Shown here: positions 25,600 to 37,800 of the stretch, one piece after another
Layout: every line of letters starts with the position of its first letter
How positions within the stretch are numbered: the first letter of the stretch is position 1
NCBI GenBank assembly: GCA_950097015.1
Contig: CATNEN010000038.1
Span: 4,712,001-4,776,000, forward strand
Origin: Macrostomum hystrix
Taxonomy: Eukaryota > Animalia > Platyhelminthes
Reading direction: 5' to 3'
Length of the DNA: 64,000 bases
The notes under the pieces: generated by a model
What the model was told of the DNA's origin: nothing
What the model saw: the letters and a program-made list of their open reading frames with translations, nothing else
The model's database searches: none
Position numbers and translations under genes: made by a program

Positions 25600-27390
25600 A
25601 AATTCATGTTATTCCCTTGATACCTTACTCAATACCCATGACAATTCATGTTATTCCCTTGATAGCTTACTCAATGCCCATGACAATTCATGTTATTCCC
25701 TTGATACCTTACTCAATGCCCATGACAATTCATGTTATTCCCTTGATACCTTACTCAATGCCCATGACAATTCATGTTATTCCCTTGATACCTTACTCAA
25801 TACCCATGACAATTCATGTTATTCCCTTGATACCTTACTCAATACCCATGACAATTTATGTTATTCCCTTGATACCTTACTCAATACCCATGACAATTCA
25901 TGTCATTCCCTTGATACCTTACTCAATACCCATGACAATTCATGTTATTCCCTTGATACCTTACTCAATACCCATGACAATTCATGTCATTCCCTTGATA
26001 CCTTACTCAATACCCATGACAATTCATGTCATTCCTTTGATACCTTACTCAATACCCATGACAATTCATGTCATTCCCTTGATACCTTACTCAATACCCA
26101 TGACAATTCATGTTATTCCCTTGATATCTTACCCAATACCCATGACAATTCATGTTATTCCCTTGATATCTTACTCAATACCCATGACAATTCATGTCAT
26201 TCCCTTGATACCTTACTCAATACCCATGACAATTCATGTTATTCCCTTGATATCTTACTCAATACCCATGACAATTCATGTTATTCCCTTGATATCTTAC
26301 TCAATACCCATGACAATTCATGTCATTCCCTTGATACCTTACTCAATACCCATGACAATTCATGTTATTCCCTTGATATCTTACCCAATACCCATGACAA
26401 TTCATGTCATTCCCTTGATACCTTACTCAATACCCATGACAATTCATGTCATTCCCTTGATATCTTACCCAATACCCATGACAATTCATGTCATTCCCTT
26501 GATACCTTACTCAATACCCATGACAATTCATGTCATTCCCTTGATACCTTACTCAATACCCATGACAATTCATGTCATTCCTTTGATACCTTACTCAATA
26601 CCCATGACAATTCATGTCATTCCCTTGATACCTTACTCAATACCCATGACAATTCATGTTATTCCCTTGATATCTTACCCAATACCCATGACAATTCATG
26701 TTATTCCCTTGATATCTTACCCAATACCCATGACAATTCATGTCATTCCCTTGATACCTTACTCAATACCCATGACAATTCATGTCATTCCCTTGATACC
26801 TTACTCAATACCCATGACAATTCATGTCATTCCCTTGATACCTTACTCAATACCCATGACAATTCATGTCATTCCCTTGATACCTTACCCAATACCCATG
26901 ACAATTCATGTCATTCCCTTGATACCTTTCTCAATACCCATGACAATTCATGTTATTCCCTTGATACCTTACTCAATACCCATGACAATTCATGTCATTC
27001 CCTTGATACCTTACTCAATACCCATGACAATTCATGTTATTCCCTTGATACCTTACTCAATACCCATGACAATTCATGTCATTCCCTTGATATCTTACTC
27101 AATACCCATGACAATTCATGTTATTCCCTTGATACCTTACTCAATACCCATGACAATTCATGTCATTCCCTTGATACCTTACTCAATACCCATGACAATT
27201 CATGTTATTCCCTTGATACCTTACTCAATACCCATGACAATACATGTTATTCCCTTGATACCTTACTCAATGCCCATGACAATTCATGTCATTCCCTTGA
27301 TACCTTACTCAATACCCATGACAATTCATGTTATTCCCTTGATACCTTACTCAATACCCATGACAATTCATGTTATTCCCTTGATATCTT
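25600..27390. repeat. 39-bp satellite (aattcatgttattcccttgataccttactcaatacccatgac-type), ~46 copies
   Basis: Highly homogeneous tandem array. The unit equals 13 codons, giving a spurious 609-aa ORF. Confidence 0.97.
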
Positions 27391-27782
27391 ACGCTATATC
27401 CTTGATGCATCGAATTTTGGGTAATAGTCCAGCAGCGAACTCGTAGAAGAAAATACAATATTAAAGGTAAAATAGATTTGAAGCTAATTTATAATTTACA
27501 AAGCGGTGTACTTATCTGTACCAGTAGTGTAGATGGAATACGATAGTCTAGCTTAAAATATAAAATGTACAATATTTTCAAGAAAAAAGTATGATGAATA
27601 AAAGTTTCATGTAAAACTTTTATGATTTATCATTTCTGATCTATGATTTATGACAATTGGTATATTCAATTTTATATTCGCTCGCATATTGAATTACTAT
27701 TCCCATTAACATGGACGCTACAGAAATGATTGAAACGATAAGATTAGTAGTATAATTAGAGTTTTGATATTTATTTAACAGT

Positions 27783-28071
27783 GATTACACCTGCCCAATT
27801 GGGCCAGATGTGCAGTTGACAGCACAGCCGCAGCTATTGCGCGGCGCATCTGAAGGCTGCGTACGGCTGTTCAGTCCATGGACTGGGGGGACGCCACACC
27901 CACCTTCAATTATCCCAGCTAATGCTGGTACCCATTTAACAGCTGGGTGAATTGAAGCATTTCGGAGTTAAGCGTCTAGCTATAGGACACAGATTTTTTC
28001 AGTGGAGTCAGGAATCGAACCCCCGACCTTTAAGTCGTGAGTCCAATGCCCTAACCACTAGACTAAAGCCC
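27783..28071 (-). mobile_element. tRNA-derived SINE family A, full-length copy
   Basis: Reverse strand reads gggctttagtctagtggttagggcattggactcacgacttaaaggtcgggggttcgattcc (A and B boxes), followed by the shared body. Confidence 0.85.
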
Positions 28072-28284
28072 TAGAAAAACAAAGCATTAAGAGCAGTTGT
28101 TGCAGAAAAAAGTATAATTGGTTTGAATATTTTTTATAGAAGATCTGATAAGTTTTAGACAATGTAGCCACAGCAAAATAAAAAAACCGTTCCGTTGACT
28201 TCTTAAATATGGATTTCTGCTTATTAACTAAAACTAGTTCAGTATGAGCGCCTCGTTACAGCCATCTGTTGCAGCTTCCAGCAC

Positions 28285-29377
28285 TCAATATCTAACGTAG
28301 AATTCTCCGGAAAATGTCGCGGGCGTCTCAGGAACCAGCGGCAACATCAGCAGGTGGCAGAGCTGCTGCGAGTGGCTATACAGAACCGCCTGACAGTCTG
28401 CGTTGCAGCGAACAATGCACTCGGCTAGTCCGTTGGTTGGCACAGTTCGATTCAAGGGCTGGCGATAGTGACTGCTGATCGAGATCGTGGACCGGATCGA
28501 CGCCGAAAAATACTTACTATCTGAAAGGTTACAAACAGTGAAGACGCGATTAACAAGTGTGTTGTGTAAGGGGTTGTAGCCTAGTGTTTAAAGAGATGCA
28601 CTCACGACTTGAAGGTCGGAGGTTCGATTCCCAACTTTACTTAAACTACTTGTGTCCTGTAGCAAGACCCTTGGCCTTAACTCTGCATTGCTTCATTTCA
28701 CCCAGCTGTTAAATGGGTACCAGCATCAGCTGGGATAATTGAGGGTTGGGTGTGGCGTCCCCCCAGTCCATGGACTGAACAGCCGAACGCAGCCTTCAGA
28801 TGCGCGCGCAATAGCTGCGGCTGTGCTGTCGGCTGCACATCTGGTCCAATAATTGGGGTGTGCTAGAAAACGATCAAAATTACTCAAATTAATAGTTATT
28901 AACACCCCTGAGCACACTAACACTTTCTGGCGCTCACTACCAGCGCTGCTCACCTCGGTAAACCAGTCTGAAGACTGAGTTGACGCTAGAGGCGCCGCAC
29001 ATCTGCGAAGAGTTGCCAGAACAGGCGGTCAGGCAGCCAGCTGAAGAACCCTGAGACCCGTAGGAGTTGCCGCAGTAGCACCCAATTCCATCTTGTAGCC
29101 CCATGTACTTGTAGGCGCCAGCGGAGCATATGCTGGCGCACAGTTGCCAGGTGAGGCTGCCATGAGGAAAGTAATAGCTTGTTGCTGGTTTAGTGTAGCC
29201 GGCCATCTGCAGTATACCAAAGGCGTCGCCAATGTCGCGAATTCCGCCGACAAAGTCAGCGAAGCAGCCGATGTATTCGTAGCGAAGAATTTCTCTGGCA
29301 GCGACCGCAGTGCCAGAAATTAGCAACAGCAGCAGCAGCTGCTGCTGCCAACAATTGCCTGCCTTCTTAGTTGCCAT
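28285..29377 (-). CDS. Secreted WSC-domain + PAN/Apple-like protein; exons 29377-28954 and 28516-28285
   Basis: Signal peptide LLLLLLISGTAVAA. WSC motif YIGCFAD..C.SIC..Y.YMGLQDG..CYCGN..C..CSGNSSQMCG..NSVF. Exon 2 carries ECIVRCNADCQAVLY..LCHL (PAN-like). Confidence 0.8.
28568..28862 (+). mobile_element. tRNA-derived SINE family A in the WSC gene intron
   Basis: ggggttgtagcctagtg..cacgacttgaaggtcggaggttcgattccc head. The body is the reverse complement of 27783-27960. Confidence 0.85.
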
Positions 29378-30187
29378 GGCGTTGCTGGGTTAAACGTACT
29401 AGATATTTAAAAAAAATGAGCTTCAATACTTATATGACTCACTGCCAATTTGAGTTAGCAAGAATACTCTTAAATAATTAATGAGGTTTTGCAGAAACAC
29501 AAGAGCCACTAATTGATGCGATGCCAACCTCCCAACCTCCATTGTGAGCATATTTCTGGGAAAAATGTAGTGAGCCAAACATTACGAGTGCAAGCGCTTT
29601 GAAGTTAGTTGCAAAACATGATTGACTAGACAGAAACTAACATGTGCCGTGAAGCCTGCATACATGTGCATAATGACTAGTTTGCGCTAACTGGCGTTTG
29701 TGTACGCTGCCCACCCCTGCCCCCCCCCCGCGGCTTCCCCCCACCCCCGGTGTTTGGGGTGGGCTGCGTGGCGGGGGGGGTTTTATGCTGTCGCTTGGCA
29801 ATTGAAACTTTTTTTGTTTCCTGCTTTTCTAGAGTCCAGCTTTAAACCGTTTTAACAGTTGTCAATATTGCTTGAATTTCTTTTAATCGGACTCAAATAT
29901 ACTCGGGGGAGTGCTTTGCAGCCTTCCCTGACCTCTTCGCTGTTCCTTCGCCAATTGCTGCTCTTGTGCTTGCTGCGTTCGTCTTCTGGGGTGGGCAGTG
30001 GGCACTAAAGTCTTTTATACTCGTAAGTGTATATTCAAACAATAAGTTTAGCTTATAAAAAACAGCTAAATAATTTTCTAGCTGCAAGCAATCAATTTTA
30101 TTGCTCGTAAAGCTTTAAAAAAGTGACAAATCGATTTCTTGCTATAATAAAGATAACTAACTAAGTAGTGTCTAGTAGGTAGTGTAA

Positions 30188-30500
30188 GTCCTGGTGGGCG
30201 GTCATTGCTTCTCGCACCAAGATCCCTGACTTCGATTCCGCAGCGAGGCCACATTCATTTGGGGCGCAGCCGCGGAGAGAAGGCTTGGGGGGCTTGTCGT
30301 GCAATTTACGCCCTAAGGGCCAACCCCCAAGGCACAATCAGAAATTCAGGGCAGATGTACACACCTTTGTGAGTGTGCCTGCGTACGGTATCTGTGTGCG
30401 TGTGTGCTCAGGAGTCAGCGAAATGGGCAGAATTGCCTCCTCGCTGGCTTCGGGTCTGGTGTCACCAAATGATGTGCCATTGCCCGCAGCCTTCCTGCAA
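30188..30500 (+). mobile_element. SINE family B full-length copy
   Basis: Homologous to 12251-12590 and 15510-15725. Confidence 0.7.
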
Positions 30501-31004
30501 ATAATATTTAGTATTAAGCTCTGGATCAGAGCATGATCGTGATAAAGGTTAATCACTGATTAATTACTGGTCATCACTGGTCAATTATGGCTCAATAGCT
30601 CAAATTCTGCGTCAAGCAGTGAGCCTTGATCCATGTGTAAAATAACAAAATTCTAGCAAATTTCGTCCAGGTAAATTGTCTTAACGTACTAGAAAACGTT
30701 TCTAGAAAAACTAAATTAATGCAAATGCTTAACACATGCCAAAATAGCAGATTTATTCTTGTGAAAATATTTAAAATACTGCAAATATTTCGTAGCAAAA
30801 CATCGAATTGTTTACAAACTCGATCGATCGCTAGCAGAATCAGAAGAAAAAGAATAACCAGATAAAGGAAGAAAAATGTATTAAATACTGCATGAATAAA
30901 TTAAAAATTAGAAATTATAACATCATATTGCCTGAAAATCTATATTGATTAGAATCGATATGTCGATAAAAATATCGTCAAGTCAAATAAAAATTAGATT
31001 ATGT

Positions 31005-31430
31005 GTCAATCAAGGATCGATAATGTTTTGATCAAGGATCGATAATGTATCAATCAAGGATCGATAATGTATCAATCAAGGATCGATAATGTTTTGATCA
31101 AGGATCGATAATGTATCAATCAAGGATCGATAATGTTTTGATCAAGGATCGATAATGTATCAATCAAGGATCGATAATATATCAATCAAGGATCGATAAT
31201 GTATCAATCAAGGATCGATAATGTATCAATCAAGGATCGATAATATATCAATCAAGGATCGATAATGTATCAATCAAGGATCGATAATGTATCAATCAAG
31301 GATCGATAATGTATCAATCAAGGATCGATAATGTATCAATCAAGGATCGATAATGTATCAATCAAGGATCGATAATGTATCAATCAAGGATCGAGAATGT
31401 TTTGATCAAGGATCGATAATGTATCAATCA
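31005..31430. repeat. 22-bp minisatellite (caatcaaggatcgataatgtat)n
   Basis: About 19 tandem copies. Confidence 0.95.
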
Positions 31431-31541
31431 ATCAAAGAAAAAAAACTCTAAAAAATCGTCAAAACGGAAGCACGCCAGGCAATAAGTTCGTGAGAAATGG
31501 ATCATCGATCACTCTGAGTTCTCGGCCAGCATCCGAATTCG

Positions 31542-33224
31542 CTACATCTCGGAGTCGCCCACATTTCTCCCCGTTACAAAGACTACAATGGGACCAGGTG
31601 GTAGGGAGTTGGACAGCTTCAGAGCCGCTGCCAGACCCAGTGCGCTGGCTGCCTCCGCTCTCGGATGACCCTCAGCAGCCAGGGCGCTTTCCATTCGCAA
31701 GCAGCTGCGGGCCAGTTCCTGCTCTCCAACCACGCACCACTGGTCCACGAACTGGCGGCACAGATCGAAGGTCGGCGTGTCGCTTTCAACAGCGCCGCAG
31801 GTGGCAGTAGAAATTGTGTCGACAGTTTCGGCCTCCTCGTAGCTAAGCATTCGACCGGCATGTCAGTAGGACGTTGTATACTTTGACAACTGAGGTGAAG
31901 CTTAATGATAATGAAAAAAATGCAACACACTTTGGGGTAAAGTGTAAAAAACGCACAGAGTACACTTTTAATCATGTGGGGCTGCTTCACTGAAGTCCTT
32001 CAAAAGATTTTACTAAAACTTTTCGACTTTAAAGCAAAAGAACTTACGCGAGGCATTCCGAATATTTGAGTTAAAAATCTATCAGAATAAGTACGCCATA
32101 ATATCTATTAGAAGCAGAATCGAAGCAGGCCCTTAGACAAGAGAAAATATTCGTATAGAAATTCACCTTCACTGACTTAGCCAGCACGCAGTCGGCCTAT
32201 GGCTGACAGCCAATCACAGTCGTCCGCAATCAGGCCAAGCCCATGTGCTTAGCGTAGAGAGCCACACCCGCCAATAAACTGCCTCCGCCAGCGGGTACCA
32301 TCATTGTCACGTGACCAGCTGATAGCCAATCAGGATTAGCGGCCAACTGTCCTGGCCAACCGGTTACAACCGGATCCGGAAACAGCTCGAAAGCGGACGT
32401 GCCTGGCCTCTAATCACCTCCAAAGCGGCATATGGCGAAACGTAGACGAAGCCCTCATTGCGGTGAGCGAACTAGCGACCTACGATCTCTGCCACAGAGC
32501 AATTATTTGCCAACTTTGAAGAGCTGAATCGGACCTGTCTCCTGCAGCCTGTGCAGCTTGACCTCCTTTTCCTCGCCAACATTGACGGGCACGAAAACGC
32601 AGCTGCCAGAGATGCCCAACGACATCCAGACCTGACTGCAAGCTAGAGCTTTGTTGCCGGAGCTGCTCACCACAAACTGCGGCTTTGCCTCCGGGAAGTG
32701 CAATCGACATTGTGAACGTCTGAAGTCTATTTGATTTTTAATATCTATAAGTGCGCAATCTGTAGCGATGAACAGATTTTAAATATCTAGAACACAAATT
32801 TCTATGCGGCTTGCTTTATACAACGCATAAATGCTACAGATGCTACTTCTTGAACTTTAGTAGGATTTGTTACAGCTGCATAAACAATGAAGCTTCGAAT
32901 GTTATTCGAAAGTTCACACATGTACATTTAAAGCTTGTGTGATCATAATTGCACAACTCAAATCTTAATAGGCTGCTCACCCCAGCTTCGCTGGCACTTT
33001 CTAGCGAGCAGCTGATTTTATTGAACGAACCGCGAATTTTAAACGATCCACTGGGCAAGCTTGAGTAGGACTGGTCGATTGAGCTCAGCAGAAAGCTCAT
33101 GACACAACATCAGCGGTGATGGAGCTGGGAGGAAGCTGGACAGACTCACGGCTACTGACCGAATTCTGTCAGCTTTTGAGCTGTCCGGACTCAGTTTGAG
33201 ATTGCATTTCAGCGGGAAGGTCAT
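31542..33224 (-). pseudogene. Serine/threonine dehydratase (serine racemase-like, fold-type II PLP enzyme) pseudogene, intron-containing
   Basis: PSGSFKIRG (PLP lysine), SSSGN, VPAGGGSLLAG, VIGCQP, AEAASALGLAAA, VTGRN. There is a frameshift or deletion before PSGSFK and several in-frame stops in the middle exon. Confidence 0.8.
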
Positions 33225-33779
33225 TGTGTCCAGCTGACCTGCAATTAGCTTGTCTTTTGATATATATTTTGCTTTGCTAAGCTTATTCACTTAATTGAAC
33301 TAAAAAAGAGTCATCCTTTTGTAAAACACAATTTTTCTTTTAGGAATCACAGAACTGGACTGTTTAGATAACAAAATATTCTTTTATTTATAGCTGTAAA
33401 TTAACATAAGTAATTAATCATAAAATGAAAAAATAGTTTAATAACAGAAAATTGAGGCTAATTAACAAGAGCATCAACTTTATGGATGTGTTATGACTAT
33501 GGTAACATTTTTAATTTTTGTAAATTTTCTAGCTTGTTTTATCAAACTTCAAGAAATATCGTAATACATCTAATTTAGTGAAAGTTTTGAACAATATATC
33601 AGTTTCTGATTATCCCTTTTTGTGAATTTTCACGGTGTCGAGTACTGCCTGATTGCAAGCAGGCAAAAATAACAGCCCATTTTCGACCCTGTGTCCTAAT
33701 CCCCTTAATTTAACCCGGCCTGTTCTCTTTGCCGACGTGGAGATCCTGGACCGTTCCATTGCGCCCTAAGCCTAAACTA

Positions 33780-34040
33780 ACCGCTTTCATCGGCCCGAAC
33801 AATTATCTGGACAGATGGGGCAGCAAAAGGTTCTTGTCGATACCGAGCTGTGCGTCGCTGTCCCGCTGTCCTGCAGTGCGGGGCTTTCAGTCCGCCATCC
33901 GTATCCAAGTGGCGCCAACCTGGCCGTTTCTGTGGTGAGGGCGAGGAGTTGAGTCACGTGCTGACTGCCTGCCCCACCTTAGCCCAAACCCCCGAGCCAG
34001 CATGTATTTTCGACAATGGCACCGCGTGCTCGATTTTATA
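33780..34040 (+). mobile_element. LINE 3' fragment (CCHC knuckle)
   Basis: RFCGEGEELSHVLTACP is similar to the C-terminal zinc knuckle of non-LTR ORF2. Confidence 0.4.
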
Positions 34041-34885
34041 GGGAATGCGGGCATCCTTTGACGAATTTAAGAAGAAGAAAAGAAGACGAGAAATTAAGGC
34101 GGATAGTAAGCGCTTCAGTCAAAAATAAACAAGAAAGAAATAATTATATTGACCTAAGGTGTAAACCTTCAACCGATTCGAAATTGATTCCTTCTACGAG
34201 CATATATTTGAAAAAATATATCTTTGATCTTTGATAAACACCGAAAGCACACATTTGTGTTCTCATCTATCACATCAGGAACGTTTGGTACGAGTGTATT
34301 TCGATAGTTGCGAAAACATTGACATCAAATTATTGGACAGAAATAGTTTTTTGTTTCGTGCTCAGCCTGAAAACCACGGTATGATAAAAGAACTGTCAAA
34401 ATATGATCAGCGAGTCCAGGTGCAGATACGGTCAGTTGACGAATCTGAACACTCAGCGCAGGTCTGCCTCGTCAAGCTTGTCCTTACTGATGCCATTAAG
34501 CGATGGTGTCAGGTTTGGGGTGATGCCGCTCCAGCCGACAGTCAGGCAGTAGGACATGCTACTCTGAAGAAGTTGTGTGGCATCTCGATACCCGTGAGGA
34601 ATGACTGAGTAGTCGATGAAGAATTTACTGTCAAAATATTGCAGACTCGCGTAATTATCTGTTCTATTTAGGCCGAGTGCAAGGTTAAAAAACTGATTTC
34701 CATCCAGGCGGGGCCCCTCGCTTGTCCAGGTGACGCCAGAAAACGATAATGTGACCTCGGAGCCGTTGATCGGACAGGTGAGACTCTCCATTCCCTCAGT
34801 CCCGGTGTCGCCAGCCCAGAAGTACATGTGTAGGTGAATAGTTGGCTGGCCGCGATCGCGTCGTACTTGGTTGTTGTTGTTGTTG

Positions 34886-37800
34886 TTACTCCCGGCCGGT
34901 AGGATCCGGGGGGCGTGTCTGCGCCCCTACCGTGTGGAGGAATTCGAGCGCGCGGGGGCCATCCGTCGAGAGGACGGCCAGGGACGGGTTTGGTCCAAGG
35001 ATGCGGGCCCGAAGGTCGTCAAGGGCCCGGCAGTGCAGGAAAACGTGGGCCACGTCTTCGTCGGCGGCCCCGCAGCGGGGGCAGGTGGCGGCGGTGTCCA
35101 GGCCGATCCGGTGCCGATACCAGCGCAGGAGCGGTGAGTGGCCCGTGCGCAGCTGGGCGAGGGTCACCGCGTCGGCCCGGTTTAGGCATGGCCGCGGGGC
35201 GGCGGTGGCGGTTGCCAGACGGTGGGTGGCGCAGTGCGGGTCGGCCGCGTAGGCTTCGCGGGTGCGCTCGGCGAGGACCCGGCGGAGGGCGGCCCGCGCT
35301 GACCCGAAGTCGATCGGCGTCTCGTCCTGGGGGAGGCCGGCCGCGGTCCTGGCGGTGGCGTCCGCGGCATCGTTCCGCCGGAGGTCGCAGTGGCTGGGGA
35401 CCCATTGCAGCCAAATTTGGAAGCGGGCGGCAATGTGGGTCAGCAGCATCCAGATCTCCCGGCACGCTGGCGAGGAGGACCTGGACGGTCCCTTCTCGAG
35501 GGCTCGGAGCAGGGACTGCGAGTCCGTCAGGCAGCGGAGGCCGCTCAGGGAGGCGAGGTCCGGCCTGGAGGCGACGTGCTGAAGCCCCAACCGGAGCGCC
35601 GACTCCTCGGCACGGAAGGAGGACGAGTAGCGGCCCGCAGCCTGCGACAGGTGGACTGGCGGCGCGGTCCTGCTGAAGATGACCGCCCCCGCTCCGCCGT
35701 TGAGGGTGCCCCCGGAGGCTGAACCGTCTGTCCAGAGCTCCAGGTCGGCGGGCGGGAGGCTCGCCAGCGTCTCCAGCGCGGCCTGCTTTCTGACGTGGGG
35801 CGCGTCCTCCCGGGAGGTCGCGGTCAGGAGGTCGCAGCGGATGTTGACCCGGCTGGTGTCGGACCATGGCGGCGGAGGGAGGTTCTCCTGCTCCCGGGGG
35901 AGGGGGGCTAGGCCGGCGGCGGCGCTCAGGTGCTGCGCCGAGTCGCGCCAGTTCCTGCGGAAGGCCCCAGGATCCCCGTGAGCGCGCAAGCGGGGCGTCG
36001 AGGTCTTGCCCGCTGCAGCGCGGAGCGGAGTCGGTTGACGGTGACGGAGGGCTCGCTCGAACAGGGCTGCGCCTTCCGCCTCCGCTCTGGTCGCCAGGGG
36101 CACGAGGTCGGCCTCGGCCATGAGGGCGCCAATGGCGGTCGAGCGGCAGCAGCCAGTGATGACGCGAGCGGCCGATCGATGCGCAATCTCGACTTCGTCC
36201 CGGCAGGAGTCGGACGCGAAAGTAAGCCACGTGGAGGCGCCGTGGAGCGCGGCCGCCTCCGCGTAGGTGCGGTAGAGCTGGGCGAGGCGCTGGCTGTCCT
36301 GGCCCCAGTCGCGGCCCGCGAGGCAGCGGAGGACGCCGGTGCGCTGCTGGAGGGCGCGGCGCTGGAGCTTGGCGTGGTGGCGGAAGGTCAGCTGGGAGTC
36401 GAGATGCACTCCCAGGAGCCTCGGGTGCAGCTCGAACGGGGCTGGCGTGTCGCCGAGGAGGATGCGCGGCTGAACCTTTCCGTTGACCTCCCGGGGGTCG
36501 AGCGAGAAGAACGCGACGACCGACTTGGTGCGGCTCAGGTCCACCTTCCAGGTTTGGGACCAGCGCACGAGCCAGTCGGCCGCCGGTTGCAGGGCCCGCT
36601 CACAATCCCGAGGGGTGGTCCCTTGCGCGCCGAAGGTGCTGTCGTCGGCGTACGCCAGCGTGAGGCAATTCTTGGGGGCGCCGTCCAAGAGATCGTCCAT
36701 GTAGATCACCCACAGGATCGGGGCGAGGACCGACCCCTGCGGCAGCCCCTCGGAGAACACGATTTGCTTGCAGGCCGCACCAACCCACCGCACGAAGGCC
36801 CTCCTGTCGGAGAGAAGTCCCTTGAGCCAGCGGATGAGGCACGTGGGGATCCCCTTCCGACCGAGCTTAACGATGAGGGCCGCTTTCCAGACGCGGTCGT
36901 AGGCTCTGGAGAAGTCTGCAAGCAGCAGAGCGGTGCGGGAGGCCGGCTTCTTGGCCTGGAATCCGTCAAAGATGTACTGAGCCGCCGCGGCGATGTGCTC
37001 CTCCGTGGAGCGGCCCTGACGGAAACCGGCTTGCGACGGGTGGAGGGCGTTGCTTGCCTCGAGGATGTAGGACAGCCGCTCGTTCACCATCTTCTCGGCG
37101 AGCTTGCCCAGGCAGCTGAGGAGGCTGATAGGGCGGAAGCTGGATGTCAGGCCGGCTGGCTTGTCCGACTTGGGGATCGGGCGGATCTCCGCAAGGCGCC
37201 ACGGGGCGGGCACCTCCCCCGTCCTCCACGAGAGGTTCAGGAGGTCCAGGAGGCAGCGGAGCCCCAGGTCGGACAGATGCTTCAGCATGATGTTCGCGAC
37301 CCCGTCCGGTCCCGGGGCCGAGCGGTCCGGCAGGCGCCCCAAGGCGCGGCGGAGGGCGTCGGGCTGGAAGTCGGAGCAGGGGCCGCTGCGGAGGCCTTGA
37401 CAGCTGCAGGGGGCGCGGAGCGTGTGACGGGCTTCTTGGATAACCGGCCGGTCTTCCGCCTTGTTCTTGGGGAGCCTGCTGACGGCGGCGTACTCCCGGC
37501 AGAAAAGCGCGGCCTTCTGTTGGTCGGAGACGGCCGATGCCCCCGAGGAGCCCTGGATGGCAGCCGACGAGGGTGTCCCCTGGGACCGGCCGTCGAGGGC
37601 CCGGATGATCCGCCAGAGGTCGGCGGAACACAGGTCTTGCCCCGGGTCGGTGATGAAATCGCGCCACAGCGACTCCTTGGCGCGGAGGATGGCGTGAGCA
37701 GCCGCGGCGGCAGCAGCCTGGTACGCGGCCGAGAGCGCCGGGTCGTCCGGGCTCGCGCGAAGCGCTTCGAGCGCTGCGCGGCGGGCGGTGCAAGCCGCCT

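Noticed and set aside
25617-27446. 609-aa ORF (PYSIPMTIHVIPLI repeats)
   Set aside because: By-product of a 39-bp (13-codon) satellite, with a TTG start and no unique sequence.
28568-28640. tRNA gene
   Set aside because: The cloverleaf is imperfect and continues into a repeated body found in several copies, so it is a SINE head.
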